This document shows positions 1 through 13,370 of a DNA stretch of 64,000 nucleotides, piece by piece. The notes beneath the pieces are model-generated. The model was given only the letters and a program-made list of their open reading frames with translations. It was not told the origin of the DNA and did no database searches. The translations under genes and the position numbers were made by a program. The number at the start of each line of letters is the position of its first letter. Position 1 is the stretch's first letter. This DNA comes from Phoronis australis (taxonomy: Eukaryota > Animalia > Phoronida), in NCBI GenBank assembly GCA_002633005.1, contig NMRA01000676.1:92658-156657 (forward strand). Reading direction: 5' to 3'.

Positions 1-1044
1 GAGGTCAGCTTTGTCATACACAACCTGCCAGTGATATCCAAGATGGTGGCTGTGGATAAGGCTTTGAAGGCTTTAAAGAAAAACTTTGGATTGATGGAGG
101 GCAACTCTGCTGAGACTTCAGGTGAGGATGGCCACAGTTTTCATTTGTGAGGTTAAGAAGGCATCTACTGCCTCATTAAGGCTTAAACATGCCAGTCATG
201 AGTATGTGATAGAAAGTGGCTGGGCTGGTAACTCTGTCATAACTTATACACAATCTTGGAGGGGCTGGCTCATCCTATCAAATTGGATGGTCAGTTCTGG
301 GTTATCCACTGAGTTACTGCAGCTTAGGTGCCCCACACATAATAGGAACATGCTTTGTAGCCATGGGGTCTCTTGAAAGTTGAATTGTAGGAGGGGTGAT
401 GGAAACTGGGGGGGGGGTGGACGAGGTGTAGCTTGGTGGACTATTGTGATAATCAGGGGTGAATGCAGAAATTGTGATGACTCGGAGCATCTGTAATTAC
501 TAGGTCCCCCAAATGTGGAGCTAAGGGACCCCAGGATACCTTAATCTGGCCCTTTGGATGGCCTTTTGACACTATTTTCTACTTGGCAATACCTTGAATA
601 GTCTGGGAATGAAACTCATTTTCTATCATATGATATGGAAAAGTTCGAGACATTTTTCGTGTCGTTGAATAAATTGGTTTACAACTTGCATAATAGGTAG
701 ACTTGTCGAATAGAGTATAGACATTCTTGTCTTGTGAAGTTCATGGGTGTTCTCTAAAGAGGAATATTCTTGTGAATACATTTCTCATACGACGCTATCT
801 GGCAATGACTTAATAAGCATGTCCTGAATACAGCGTGTATAGCCTAGCGTTTTTACAATGTGGTTCATTAGAAATTACTGTTTTTGTAAGAAAAGAATCA
901 TCGTGTGTGAAATAATACTAACAGCTTGTGAGACAGAAACTGTGTTTAAGCCAAAATGACACTTTTGTGAGAGAGCCTGTGAGGTTGGTGAGGTAGGAAG
1001 GCGGACTGGTTGACTTCCCTGAAATGTTCCCTGTGAGATTATGT

Positions 1045-1866
1045 TNNNNNNNNNNNNNNNNNNNNNNNNNNNNNNNNNNNNNNNNNNNNNNNNNNNNNNN
1101 NNNNNNNNNNNNNNNNNNNNNNNNNNNNNNNNNNNNNNNNNNNNNNNNNNNNNNNNNNNNNNNNNNNNNNNNNNNNNNNNNNNNNNNNNNNNNNNNNNNN
1201 NNNNNNNNNNNNNNNNNNNNNNNNNNNNNNNNNNNNNNNNNNNNNNNNNNNNNNNNNNNNNNNNNNNNNNNNNNNNNNNNNNNNNNNNNNNNNNNNNNNN
1301 NNNNNNNNNNNNNNNNNNNNNNNNNNNNNNNNNNNNNNNNNNNNNNNNNNNNNNNNNNNNNNNNNNNNNNNNNNNNNNNNNNNNNNNNNNNNNNNNNNNN
1401 NNNNNNNNNNNNNNNNNNNNNNNNNNNNNNNNNNNNNNNNNNNNNNNNNNNNNNNNNNNNNNNNNNNNNNNNNNNNNNNNNNNNNNNNNNNNNNNNNNNN
1501 NNNNNNNNNNNNNNNNNNNNNNNNNNNNNNNNNNNNNNNNNNNNNNNNNNNNNNNNNNNNNNNNNNNNNNNNNNNNNNNNNNNNNNNNNNNNNNNNNNNN
1601 NNNNNNNNNNNNNNNNNNNNNNNNNNNNNNNNNNNNNNNNNNNNNNNNNNNNNNNNNNNNNNNNNNNNNNNNNNNNNNNNNNNNNNNNNNNNNNNNNNNN
1701 NNNNNNNNNNNNNNNNNNNNNNNNNNNNNNNNNNNNNNNNNNNNNNNNNNNNNNNNNNNNNNNNNNNNNNNNNNNNNNNNNNNNNNNNNNNNNNNNNNNN
1801 NNNNNNNNNNNNNNNNNNNNNNNNNNNNNNNNNNNNNNNNNNNNNNNNNNNNNNNNNNNNNNNNNN
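1045..1866. other. Scaffold gap (run of N)
   Basis: Continuous N run; ORFs spanning it are artefacts. Confidence 0.99.
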
Positions 1867-4642
1867 TGGTGGATGTATTGACAGTCATCGAACTTTGATA
1901 CACATTGCAATGATTTAGTACTGTTTGTGTATGTCAGTTTTGTTTTTCTATGAGAAAGTTTTTGAGAATCGTACCACCAGTCATACCTTTACGCAATCAT
2001 AACAGGGTTCTGTTTCATGAAAGTGACTCTCACATGTCGCAGGTATTGAATAGTTTTGACTTGTAGTTATAACTGTTAGTGCACCATATTTTAGAAGTAA
2101 TTTAGTAAAATTGTCTGAACTGACAATAATTGTTGGTGTATTTTCAAAGACCCTGTACATTTTTCTGGGGTAATATGGAATTATTTTTGAGATGTAGTTG
2201 TATGTAGCACAAGTCACTTCCAATGGAACAGATCCTGTGTCATATGTTCATTTGTTTAAGGATTTATAGTTTGTAGTTGTTGTCATAGTTACTGGCTCTT
2301 AATCTGTCATGCAAAGCAGCATTTTCATCAAGAAGAACTCAGTTACCGAAATGGAATATCGAAATTCCATTTCCAACTTTGGCTTGCGATAAAATCTCAG
2401 CGATTTTGGATGAAAGTAAGCGCCAAAACTGTCCTTTTTGCAGTTTCACGGTTTTTAAGATTGTTTCGATTGGCTTCACTTGTTGACAATATTTACAGCT
2501 GGTAGTTGTAGTATGCAACTTGAACATAGCACAATACTAGTTTAGTGCTACACATTTTTATGGAAAACAAAAAAGTAAAAATGCTCTTGTCTATCATAGC
2601 ATCCAAAATTTGTGATATTTTACAGTAGTTTTGATATTTTCTGTTTAACTGTAGTACAAAGTAAACATAAGTTTTGTTGATTTCCTGCTTGAATGCACCG
2701 TGATTTACACACACACAGTACATTCGTTGAGTTCACACTTGGTGACCCTAACATTAAAGCTACAAATTCGAGTTTTGGACTAACTCGCGATTGCAAATTG
2801 ACTCAGAGAGTCATGGATTATCTGCACATGTGAACAAATCATAATGTATTAATACAAAGTTCCCTCTAAACAAATAATGTCAAAAGCCTATATTGGAATT
2901 TGAGCTTGAAGTTTGGATTTCTGGTGATGTGTCACATAGCAGGGGCCTAACACTTGTCATATTGTTGATAGTATTTGGACATTTGTTGGATAGTTTTGTA
3001 TGGTGTATGGGTCCAGAATATTGTAATAAGTACTCACTGTAACATCTTGTAGTGTGCTACTAGTGACCAAAATAGCTGTCCGTTGATCCATCTCCGTGTA
3101 CATTCATCTTTTTAACATTCATTTTAGTTTCTTTACTGTAGCATTTTGGGCGCATTATTGCCACGTTGTTTTTAAAAGACTTGAAAGTATTAGGTGAGGA
3201 TAGTTTAATCATAATGTTATAGTTACTATAACAATTCTGCATATAAAATTGTAACAACTCCTGCTTCATTCTGTGATGATGCCCAAGACATGTTGCTGAA
3301 CTGGAATATATTACTGTTGAAAGTTATTTGGTATCGTTTATAAGTTGTTAACACACCAAGTCTGCTAGCTAAGAAATGGTTTTCATTTTTGCAAGTTCAG
3401 ATCCCCTGCAGAATATGTTTTATCAAATGAAATGTATCACTTGACTGGAAACAGTTGGTAAACTACAGCTCTGTTAGTGTCTATTGGCATTTTTAAAATG
3501 TCATTTTGTGGACAGTCGTAAATTCAAAATTAAATATATGCAGTCTGTTCAAAGAGCATTATTTTACAAAGAGTTTTGAGAAAAGCAGTTTGTTTTAAAA
3601 CATGTTTTAAGAAGGTTGGGGTAAAAATGAGCCAGAAAGAGTTTAAGGAAACCACAAACGTTTCTTTGTCAATGTGTACTCTAGGTGGAAGCTCAAAATC
3701 GGCTTCCAAGTCTTGGGAAAATTGTGATTTCCTGTAACTACCTGAATATATGCTCATTACCTTTAAATCTGACCTTTGTGTAAACTTAATTAAAAGTGAA
3801 TAACAAAAGGGTGTAGAACAACGTCACAGATGTGCTGACCTTTGTACTTCTGTGATCGTTACTTCCCATGACATGTCAACTGATGGGACTTCAGTGTGCG
3901 GCTAGATGCAAATTTAGAATGACCTGAAATGTTATGCTGTTAGACAACCTTTCGACTATACAGTAGTATCGGGTTTCCGTTAAGTTTGGTTACATGTCTC
4001 TTATTGGAAAATATTTATGAAGTATTTTTTTCCGATATGCTTACTGAGCCATGCAGTTCAGATCGTACCCTAAAAGTTTTCCTTTGGATGGCAACAGACG
4101 GCTCTCCACAAAAAGCTTTACGATCGCTGACCAATCGCTTTTGTGGTTATGCAACAGTCAAAATAAACACAGTAATTTATAAAGTTCCAAGCAACGTAGT
4201 TGGTGGGTAGGTCCTGCAGCCTCGGGGATGTACTGGCCACGCTGCCAGTGGGCACGTTTGGGTGTCCTCGCTGGTTGTTTCCTGTCGGGTGTCTTTATCA
4301 CGAACCAGTCAAATGTCTTAGCCAGTTCAACCGGCGAAGCCAATCAAGTAGAGCCATTGAATGCGCTCAGTTGTTCAGTCTTATTTTCCATTTCCACTCT
4401 GATCGTTGCGCATTTATCAGCCTATGGAGTGCCCGACATTGCTCCATCCAGCGCCACACGTAGTTGTTGCGCGAACATAATGCGATATCAATGCTCTACC
4501 TAACAGAGTACTCGCATTACCCATCGGAAAACATCCCGTGGTCTTGTACAGCCAAACTGACTACGGTCACCCTTCCGATTGCCTGGTACTCCACTGTCCG
4601 GGACGGTTTCATTCGCCGTCATGTTGCCAGTTTCAACTCCGT

Positions 4643-5912
4643 TTACTTTTGTTTTGTGCTATTTCTTTTAGGAACTCCGTTTACAACGTTGGTTGCAACG
4701 ATGCCCAGACGCAATGCGATTTCCTTAAGCGAAAAACCTGGCTCAAATTTGTCGCGAGGTTTTTGAGATTTGCGACTGCTATTTTTCTGCGCACCTCCCT
4801 TCCTCGGAGAAGCCGTTGTGTGAACATAATGTTCAGGTTTTTCGTTGCCTCGTGCGTTAAAATCTTGGTCGTCAAGGGCCGCACCAGAGTTTGTCACGGT
4901 TGTCATCATTTCGTTTTCACCGTTCGTCATTCCCCTTTCACCACTTGAAACAGTTTTGTTCTCTGTTTTGGTAGAATTCCTAATCAATTTTCCAGTTTGT
5001 GCGTTATTAATGGAATACGCGTCCGATCCATTTGATTGCCCGCCCGCTTTTGAAATCTCACTTTTGTTAGCTACATTATTGCCCCCATTATGAGGTGTCA
5101 CTAAGATCGTTGTGGTTTCAGGCGTTCTTGCCGTAGTTCGGGTTCGTATTTTTTCCGCCTGGCTTTCGTCTACTTCCGTCGACCTTATTGGTCTATTCGT
5201 CGTTTGGATGTTTTGTTTCTGCTGTTTCTCGTCTGGCATACCTGTCCCACGTTTCAAAGCTGTAACGAAATAAAATAATAACCTGTCATTTATACGCACC
5301 GGGATTTTCCGCGTACTGAGATGAGCCCACCCGATGAAACGCCCTTGGGCGTTTATTCCAAAAATTATGCCGAATAAACGCCCATGGTGTCAAGTGTCCA
5401 GATAGTGGGGCGTTTATTCGGAAAATGTCTTCTTAAAAGCCCACTCAGCGTGAACTTTTAGCCTCCAATTCAGTTTTGTGGAACATTTATCATTTATAAA
5501 AACGAACAAAGTGTTGGCGAACTAAGTATTCATTAATTAAAAATAAAAACAGTTTTATGCAAAAAAATCGCTGATATTTTCATATTAGCCGGGGCTGTGA
5601 CTTTCCGTTTACACGCTCCCCTTCATTTTCCGAATACACGCCCATGGGCTTATCTACGGAAAACCCCGGTAGTGTGGGATATGAATGTATATCTATGTCA
5701 TGAACAAGACCATTTAAAGCCTTCAGATTTTGTAGTTTTAACATGCCGAAACGATTGCGCGAAGCGTCCGTTCCAGGATCTATAAATGCATATTGAACAG
5801 TGTACACAAGCTTACCTGACTTGCAATCAATGCTTGCCATCACAAGTAGAGTGAAACAAAGTAAAGTCGCTGCAATCATTCTTGTTCCAATCTTGTTGCT
5901 GAAATGTGTCAT
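4643..5912 (-). CDS. Two-exon orphan secreted protein (signal peptide + polar low-complexity body), ~237 aa as assembled
   Basis: Exon 1 5912-5816 encodes MTHFSNKIGTRMIAATLLCFTLLVMASIDCKS (hydrophobic signal-like stretch) and ends at TCAG|GTAAGC. Exon 2 starts at 5259 after TTATTTCGTTACAG|, phase-compatible (G|CT = Ala; ALKRGTGMPDEKQQK...) and open to TAA at 4643. 97+617 = 714 nt. No family recognised. Confidence 0.6.
5298..5671. mobile_element. MITE (Tc1/mariner-pogo-like ACCG...CGGTA termini) in the intron of the secreted-protein gene
   Basis: Left ACCGGGATTTTCCG..AGATGAGCCCA is an inverted match to right TGGGCTTATCTACGGAAAACCCCGGTA; internal GGGCGTTTATTC/GAATAAACGCCC subterminal repeats in both orientations. 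Confidence 0.6.
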
Positions 5913-7059
5913 TAAACTGCCGTATACCGGTAATATGCCATGAGCAAGAGACGTCTTTTAAGACATCGGACATCACGGACATCGTCTAATGTTTAAAAAC
6001 ATTAGACGATGTCCGTGACCACAGACGTATTTTTTTTCTTTGAGCAACAATGGTGGAAAGTTGCCGGGCCCCAGGAATATCAGAAGTTGATTTTTTTAAA
6101 ACTAGGCGTACGCCAGTTGCTCACGAGGCAAAGTAAATATCAACAAAATCAAGGGTATCACGCATTCAAGGTGCCTTTTTGTTTTCACCAGATATGGGAG
6201 CCGCGTCAACCGAAAGGTTTCGGACTGGCGTTTTTATTATCAGCTTTTTTTAGTTCACAAGAAGTAAAGTGCAGAGTCATTCAACTGTGACGGTCATGTG
6301 GTTGATGGCCACTAGAAGTTAGTAAAATTAAACGTAAACTTTCTGCATTAAAAGTAGTATATCTTGAAAAAATGATACCACAGTAAGGGAGGATTCTTAA
6401 AGATAAGTCTTGACTAAAATACAAGGGTACCAGACAATCTTACATGCGAACCTCGACTCATTTTGCCTTTTGTATGCACGATTTTTTTTTCGTAGTTTTG
6501 ATGTTGATTTGAACGTATGATTTAGTAGCCGAGAGAATGATTCAGTGGTTCTGACGTAAGATTCAAACTTGAAGGACATGCTTATGAATGTCTCGTCATA
6601 CCCTAAAATGGCCTGTCTGAAAATTTCATGAATATTCAAAGTAACGTAGAGGTAAATGTGTCTTCATGATTTTTTGAACTGATAAAAATTAGTCATGCCC
6701 AAGATGAAATAACTGGCCTTTAAATATTCGCATTATTCACAAGCACGTATTATTTTTATGTTTAACAGTCAGTCGAGCACTTCTTGCTATGTATTACTCG
6801 TATTAATCCCATATTTTAAACGATGAAAACTGACTGTTTGGTGCGTTTCCAGCAGCCTTCATAATTAATTGTATTTCCACGACGTTTCGACTTCTCTGGC
6901 CATCATCACGTGAACGACAAGCGCTGTTACGACGGTATGCACCGGCACCCACTGTTGCTGACAATTGTTAGATTAATAACTTTGGCCATTGGGCATCCGT
7001 GTGTCTTATATAATTTAAATTTCTCACCACTTCAAAGTTATCATTTGTTGTTACACGTA

Positions 7060-7432
7060 TCCGATTGAAATTTATGCACACTCCACGCTGCATTTTCAAC
7101 TTTTTCTTTGATGCAGCTTCTGGTCACACGTATCCACAGATTTAAAAAAATTCCAAAACGCGAACATTTGAAAACACAGACTTTTAGAAACTTAAACATT
7201 TGAAAAATTAACGCAACGTATGGCTTTCAGATACGGGTTCTATCCACGACACATATCCACAATTAAACAACTCTTTCGAGAAATGCCATTTCGAACATTT
7301 ATGAGGATGGGCGAAAACGCAACTTAGTGACAACTTTGACATGACGCGATCGTATTCATGTGGACAGGAAACTTTGAAGAAAACTCAAAAAGTTGCGTTT
7401 TCAGTGATGTTTGTTTATCCTTGTGGACCGGG
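7060..7432. mobile_element. Degenerate non-autonomous DNA transposon, PIF/Harbinger-like MITE
   Basis: Repeated TCCAC/GTGGAC and GAAAACGC/GCGTTTTC motifs ending ...CTTGTGGACCGGG, the pattern of Harbinger-type MITEs. Confidence 0.4.
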
Positions 7433-10087
7433 AACTTTTTGAAAGCACCGAGAAAAACTCATGTGAACATGAGCTACAAGTATATACGTACCCGTATTTT
7501 TGCGTAACTTCGACAATCCTGTCACACAGAACAAATCGTTACTATTGCAGGTGCGACGTTTGCTGCGTAGATTAAATGACCACCGAACCTTGTTAAAAAC
7601 AAATAATCTCAGTGGCATGCGTAAAAGAAAAATGGTGTAAATCGAGAATTGATTGCTCCCGCGGCCCATTTCCAATTACAACACAATTTGAGAAGTACTT
7701 TTGACCTAATAACAATGTTCGAATAACAACTGGTAACCAAAAGGTGTTTCAAATATGTCATTTTAAGTTAATTTAAATGAACAAAACGACTTGGTCCATC
7801 CATTTGTTTTTGTTAATTAATAGTTTAAACGGGTCGAGCATCCCATTAGCTATCCAGAGTAACACACACAAACAACAAGACACGTTGTTAAACCCAAAGA
7901 TCATCTTGGTACCCGAATTTTTCCGAGCTCCATTAGCTCAAAATAGTTGTCAATTAGAAAATAATAAGTACGGTTGTACTGAACCCATGCAACTGAAGTC
8001 ACAAAATAATATTCAATAAGAACCAGTCCGCAGACGCCTGGCGTGACGGGGCCAAAATCACCCCCTCCCCGTCCGTTGTCAAAGTCCGCCCGATGAACCG
8101 CCCAGGAAAATGTTTAATACCACGAACAAGACGATACATTTGTACCGATGTTTCGACATTGCTAAATATCAGGTCTGAGATGGAACTTAACTTTTCGGCA
8201 AATCACCGAAGAAACGATCTGTAAAAGGCTTGCTTATCACATTTCACGCCGAGGCCTAATATTTGATTATGAAATCTGCCAGATTACATTATTCTCCAAC
8301 ATGCAGTCATATCTTTTTGGGGATATTTTAATAAACACCTATTAACAATCCCGTGAAATCATAACACAGTAAGCCAACAATTGTCAAATCCTTAATTAAT
8401 AGAGTTCACTCTAAATAGACTATCACAGAAACGTACGATTGTGCGTAAAGATGTTCCCCATACGTATTTTTTACTAAAAACGGTTCGTGATTTTCATCTA
8501 GATCGCCATATTTTTCACAAGCTTGAAATTTGTTCACGAAACTTACAACTGAAATTCTGATCAATCACAGAGTACCCAGAACTGTTCAGACCATAACCTT
8601 TTAGTCTGTCAAACATGAAAAGATTATTGAACGTAAAGCGAAGCACCGGACTTAAAAGGCCGAGATAATTAAAACTTAGAAAAGCTTTTAAATTAATAGA
8701 GTTCACTCGTGTTCATCAGCAACACTGTACGGCAAAATCAGCGAACAATCCCAATCTTCGTTCTCCTGCATTAAAAAATTCGAACTTAATGATGGCAATC
8801 TCTGAAAAGGAGACAGTCAGTAGAACGAGGTTCAGTGACACTCATTTGTTCGTGCTCACCAGCTTCACACTGATTTCATTTTGTGCCCCCAATTTTTTTC
8901 AGTGCTACGCTGCCACTGTTGTTACGTGTCAGAAGTGACATTGGTATCTGGAGCCGAAACTTAGACGTGAACTGACACTTTCCAAGCCTGTTCTGAAGCA
9001 ATAAGTTCTTCTAAAGACCAGAGAACAATTCTAAACACTTTAATGCATACCAATCTTTGTATTTGTTGCTAGTTACAGAAATTGTGGAGAGAAAAACGTT
9101 TAAATTCTGATACAAAAATAACTCACCACAAAGCCTACTCAAGGCAAACAATCAGTTCATCCATGTCAGCACCTTGACAATGAGGAGCTAAACAAGTCTA
9201 CTACAGTCAGTCTACTCTGAAGATCATAGGCAACTTACGTCATACTGCTTCTTGATAAAGTAAGTAGTGAAAAGAGCACTTGTTTCAGTGCTGATGACGA
9301 AGTTCCCCAATTTAGGATAATCTTGTTAAGTTTAGACAAAGGTGAAATGCTCATGTTTTTAATCTGAAGTCCTCCAAAAACATTATTTAATTGGCCATTA
9401 ACTTACATGCCTTTACAACCCAACAAATTCCTGTTTTAAAATCACTTCCTTTTTTAAATAATCACTTTTCAGCTCCAAAATATAAGAAATCTAGTAGTAA
9501 ACTACTTTAAGCACACAAGCAGGGTTTAAACAAACCAGTTTAAAGTCCCATGCATCACCACAATGTTTTAACTCTAGTTTTGAAAAGGAACCCTTCATTC
9601 TTAATAAGGTGGTTAACTTATCAGTTCTAATTGGGATAAAAATGGACCAAACATAGTTCATTGTTTGCTTCCAAGGAAAAACTCATGGCCACAAACTTGA
9701 CTCCGGCAGCCAGAACTGAGTTATTCCATTTTAGCTTGACCTAATTAGGGTTACTTGGGAATTTAACATACTGGGTAGGCCTATTGCTGAACATACAAAT
9801 GAATAACAGAGAAGAAAAAATCACCAACATTTTAAGTTTGGTCTGCACGTCACCTATTGGCCACATCACGTGACCTAATGAACAAAAGTTTACCTGGTTC
9901 AAGATTTACACACATATATATATATAGTGAAGGAAAAATGCCAAATATAATTGCCCTGTTATAAACCAGCATGCTTGGTAGAAGTAAGAAATCCAATCAA
10001 ACTTGACAGCAGGAGTACTAACCTACTCATAACAGCACAACAGTATATGCACTACCAAGCCTGATTGAATTTCTGTAATTCATCCTT

Positions 10088-10240
10088 GGGCCTGACAGCT
10101 CAGTAGACTAAAATGCAAGCACACTTAGCAGAAAGTGCGGGGTTCTAGCACCGGACAGAGATCTTTTTGGTCATAACTGTAGGTTGCGAGATGTGACTAA
10201 AATACCGCATGTAAGAAGACTAACAATCATTACCTATAAT
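10088..10240 (+). mobile_element. Degenerate tRNA-derived SINE
   Basis: A-box-like GACAGCTCAGTAGA and B-box-like GGTTCTAGCACC at tRNA-like spacing; no complete cloverleaf. Confidence 0.4.
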
Positions 10241-10256
10241 GATATTTAATATATCC

Positions 10257-10514
10257 CACGCATGCACCCAGCCTTCAATATGGGGGGCTCGAATTCTTGG
10301 CGATGCGGACCTTTTACTAACAAATTAGTCAGCCGACTAAAAAAAGCACCACTACCGGAGCTGTACGTGCTGTGAATTGTGCGTTTGCACCATTTTAGTG
10401 GACTTTTATCTCATTTTCTCGCACTTTTTGTATCTCTGTGGCAGACCTTTTTGCCCACTTCGCCAAATGGTGGCGGGGGAGGGGGGCTGATTCGAGCCCC
10501 CATGGGTGCGCATG
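10257..10514. mobile_element. MITE with CA...TG ends and candidate 5-bp TSD (TATCC)
   Basis: Left CACGCATGCACCCA...GGGGGCTCGAAT vs right ATTCGAGCCCCCATGGGTGCGCATG are inverted repeats; TATCC flanks both ends. Confidence 0.55.
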
Positions 10515-11163
10515 TATCCCTAGCATGAAATTGCTCTCAGTAAAGGTTCTTCTACTCATGACACAATGTATCTCTAGACACAAACACGACACAATTTAAC
10601 TTCATCATTATTTGAGCGGCTTCTACTGTACAACCACAATGACACACATAGATTAATTTTTACCATGTAAATCACAATTTTGGAATTCATTTTGTCTGAA
10701 TTTGAAGAATACCAGGAACACGATATTATACAATATTAGCAGAGTGAAAAATGCTCATTGTACAATAAAATTTCTCAATCACATGAATGTCTGGACAGCA
10801 ACTGAGATATCCCCAAGAGGGAAAAGAAACAAGTTCATAAGAACAAATGATGTCAGTTCAACACAACAACACTGCCATTATCTAGTTACTTCTACCATGA
10901 CATCAATTTCCCACTTGTGGTAATCAGCCATACCAACATCAACAACACAGTATACTTTTGCGACAGACTTCAAACAGGCAGTGCATTGTGGATTCAACCC
11001 GAGTTAAAAATGTTTCTTACATGTACTCAGATGCAAGGAATGCACACGATACATTACATCTCGTCTGATCCAATAATACAGGGCAAAAATGTCCTTATAC
11101 GTTTAAAAATCCCTTGTATACAGAGAGATACATTCTATAATCTGGTCTGTATAACAAATGGAT

Positions 11164-11760
11164 TCAAATATCTAAAGGATTTAAACCAAACTCTATTAAC
11201 ACTTGTTTATTTTTAGCCTGAATCAACGTCGACATGTCTTCCCATTTACGTTTTGACGAATCAATCTTTTCTATTAGAGCATCCAGTGTACTGTGCTGGG
11301 CAGATTCATATGCGACAGTCATCTGGTTAATCTTAACCTTTAGTATGGCAATCTCTTCATCCTTTTCGATGGTGATTCGTTCTTTCTCTTGCAATGTCTT
11401 CTTAAGCTCCGCCTGTGTCTGTTCTAATTGGTTTCTTGTCCTCTCTAGCTCTGCCTCCAGTAGATGTATCCTGTGACCCATTTCACTCTGCATTGTCTTG
11501 TACTGTCTAGTCATGTCCGAGCTGACCGCTTTATGATCAGTCAAGTTGGTCTGCAAGTCGTGTTGAGCATCCTCCATTTGCATCTTCATGACCTCCTGCG
11601 AGACCCTTGACCTACGAACTATATCCTTCCTCACAGCCAATTGGTCCTTCAAAGCTTCAATCTCCTCCATGGTTCTCTTGTATTTGTCTTCCAGCTCCAG
11701 TTCAGCATCATCCTTCTTCGCCTTCTTCTTCTTCTTCCCCTTCTTCTTTTTGGGCGGCAT
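11164..11760 (-). CDS. CCDC153: Coiled-coil domain-containing protein 153 / dynein regulatory complex protein 12 homolog, single coding exon, 198 aa
   Basis: Complete ORF MPPKKKKGKKKKKAKK...coiled coil...KQVLIEFGLNPLDI*; Lys-rich MPPK N-terminus and FGL-P C-terminus are characteristic of CCDC153. Splice acceptor TTTCTCATTACAG| 12 nt upstream of the ATG implies a 5'UTR intron. Confidence 0.85.
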   Translation of the reverse strand: MPPKKKKGKKKKKAKKDDAELELEDKYKRTMEEIEALKDQLAVRKDIVRRSRVSQEVMKMQMEDAQHDLQTNLTDHKAVSSDMTRQYKTMQSEMGHRIHLLEAELERTRNQLEQTQAELKKTLQEKERITIEKDEEIAILKVKINQMTVAYESAQHSTLDALIEKIDSSKRKWEDMSTLIQAKNKQVLIEFGLNPLDI

Positions 11761-13370
11761 TTTGTTGGTGATCTGTAATGAGAAATTTGTGATGAAAAAT
11801 AATCAAATCCAGTCTGCCAAGAAGATGAGTAAACGCAGATGAGACGTCCTTGTTACGGTATTGTCTACAGACGGCAACATTTACTTACAGGAGTATTATC
11901 TGAGCACACAAATGAACGACTGTAACTCAGATTAGACTTGCTGTCTTCACCAGCTTGTGCACTCTTCTATATCTGCTAAGTAGTAACGAACACCCTGCAT
12001 ATCTATCCAGTACTTAGACATAAACTCTGCGTAAAATATTTCAAAATGCTTCTCCCTGTCATGAGGTCTTTGGTAGCTAGCTAGAGTTTCGCAAGCTGAA
12101 GACTATGATTGCAAATGTGGACAACTGTTTTGCATCCCCATCTGAGACATAGAGAATACAGAGTCCTTAATGAAAGACAGGCTACATGGCTCAGACAAAG
12201 GTGACAATCAAACTCCCGCCTTAACCACAGCGACTTCACCACAAAATCAAAGTGGCTACCAATGCAGTTGCGTTCTGTCCAAGAAGCAAATTTTGGATTG
12301 ACCATCGTAAAATTGGTCTTGACTTCTTTCCTATACAGACGACTAGTGACTTCTGACAGTTCACTGTGCCTTGTTGATGACACGCATTGAGAAGTCAATT
12401 TGAAAAGCATGGTCACAACCAACAATCAACTACCAGTTCTCTCGAAACAATGAAGTTATTTCCAATTTGACTAAGGAACAATTTGAGAGCAATTTCACAA
12501 TGGCCAGTGATGTAAAAGTTGTTTTTTTTTGTGATGGAAGACATGTTTCGCTACTTAGAGACCAGATTCCTCACCTGTATCCAAGTGCAGTACTGGAATT
12601 TGGTTACCGGGTAAATGGTCTCTGGGAATGAAGTGTTTTCAGCTCGAATGTGGAGTATAGGGGTGAAGGCCTGGGATTTGTACTATGGATTTGGTGTTTG
12701 CATGGTGTGAGACTGGATGTTATGGGCTTGGCCGGCCATGCAATCATCCAGAGCACCCCCTGTTGATATGCTTACAAAAATGGGTTTGCTCAAATATAAC
12801 TTCGTTCTATTCAGAAAGTAAAAAGGATTTGGCTGCTACTTATTACATAATGTCCAAAATCAAGAGTTGGTTGGTCAGTCATGGGTTATAACTGCTTTAG
12901 CGGTGAGCACGAATATAAATTCCACTGCCAAAGGAGTTCAGAAGATAAAACGATAAATAACATATAAAAACCTGGCTGAGAATACAAGTGCTTGTACTGA
13001 GTTTCACATCATGATTGGTTCAAAGGACTCTACAGGCTGGCGGAGTAATTTCAATCACAGGTGTGAGCTAAGACATACATTTAGCAAAAAGAAGGTACCA
13101 TATTCAGAAGCGTTCATGACCTTACAAGCTCCCCCCACGTGTTTTTAGACTTCGCTGAAATAAGCACCCAGACCATGAACATGTACATGTGAAAAATACC
13201 TTACCTACAGTTCTAAAATTCTACACTAACGTCTTCAATTTATCAATAAGATCGGACAGTCCTGAAAAATCATTTTGACCATAATTTCTAAACCACCAGC
13301 CTCAAGTCTGCAAGTGTTAATTTCTTTAGTTACAATGCACACCTAGGTCAATTGCATTTACTCTTGACTG

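Noticed and set aside
1-1044. Possible decayed retroelement coding (minus-strand KMSFIPRLFKVLP; [11 protein letters not shown])
   Set aside because: Only short motif resemblance with many stops; cannot assign.
875-1910. Long ORFs in several frames
   Set aside because: Made almost entirely of N-gap codons.
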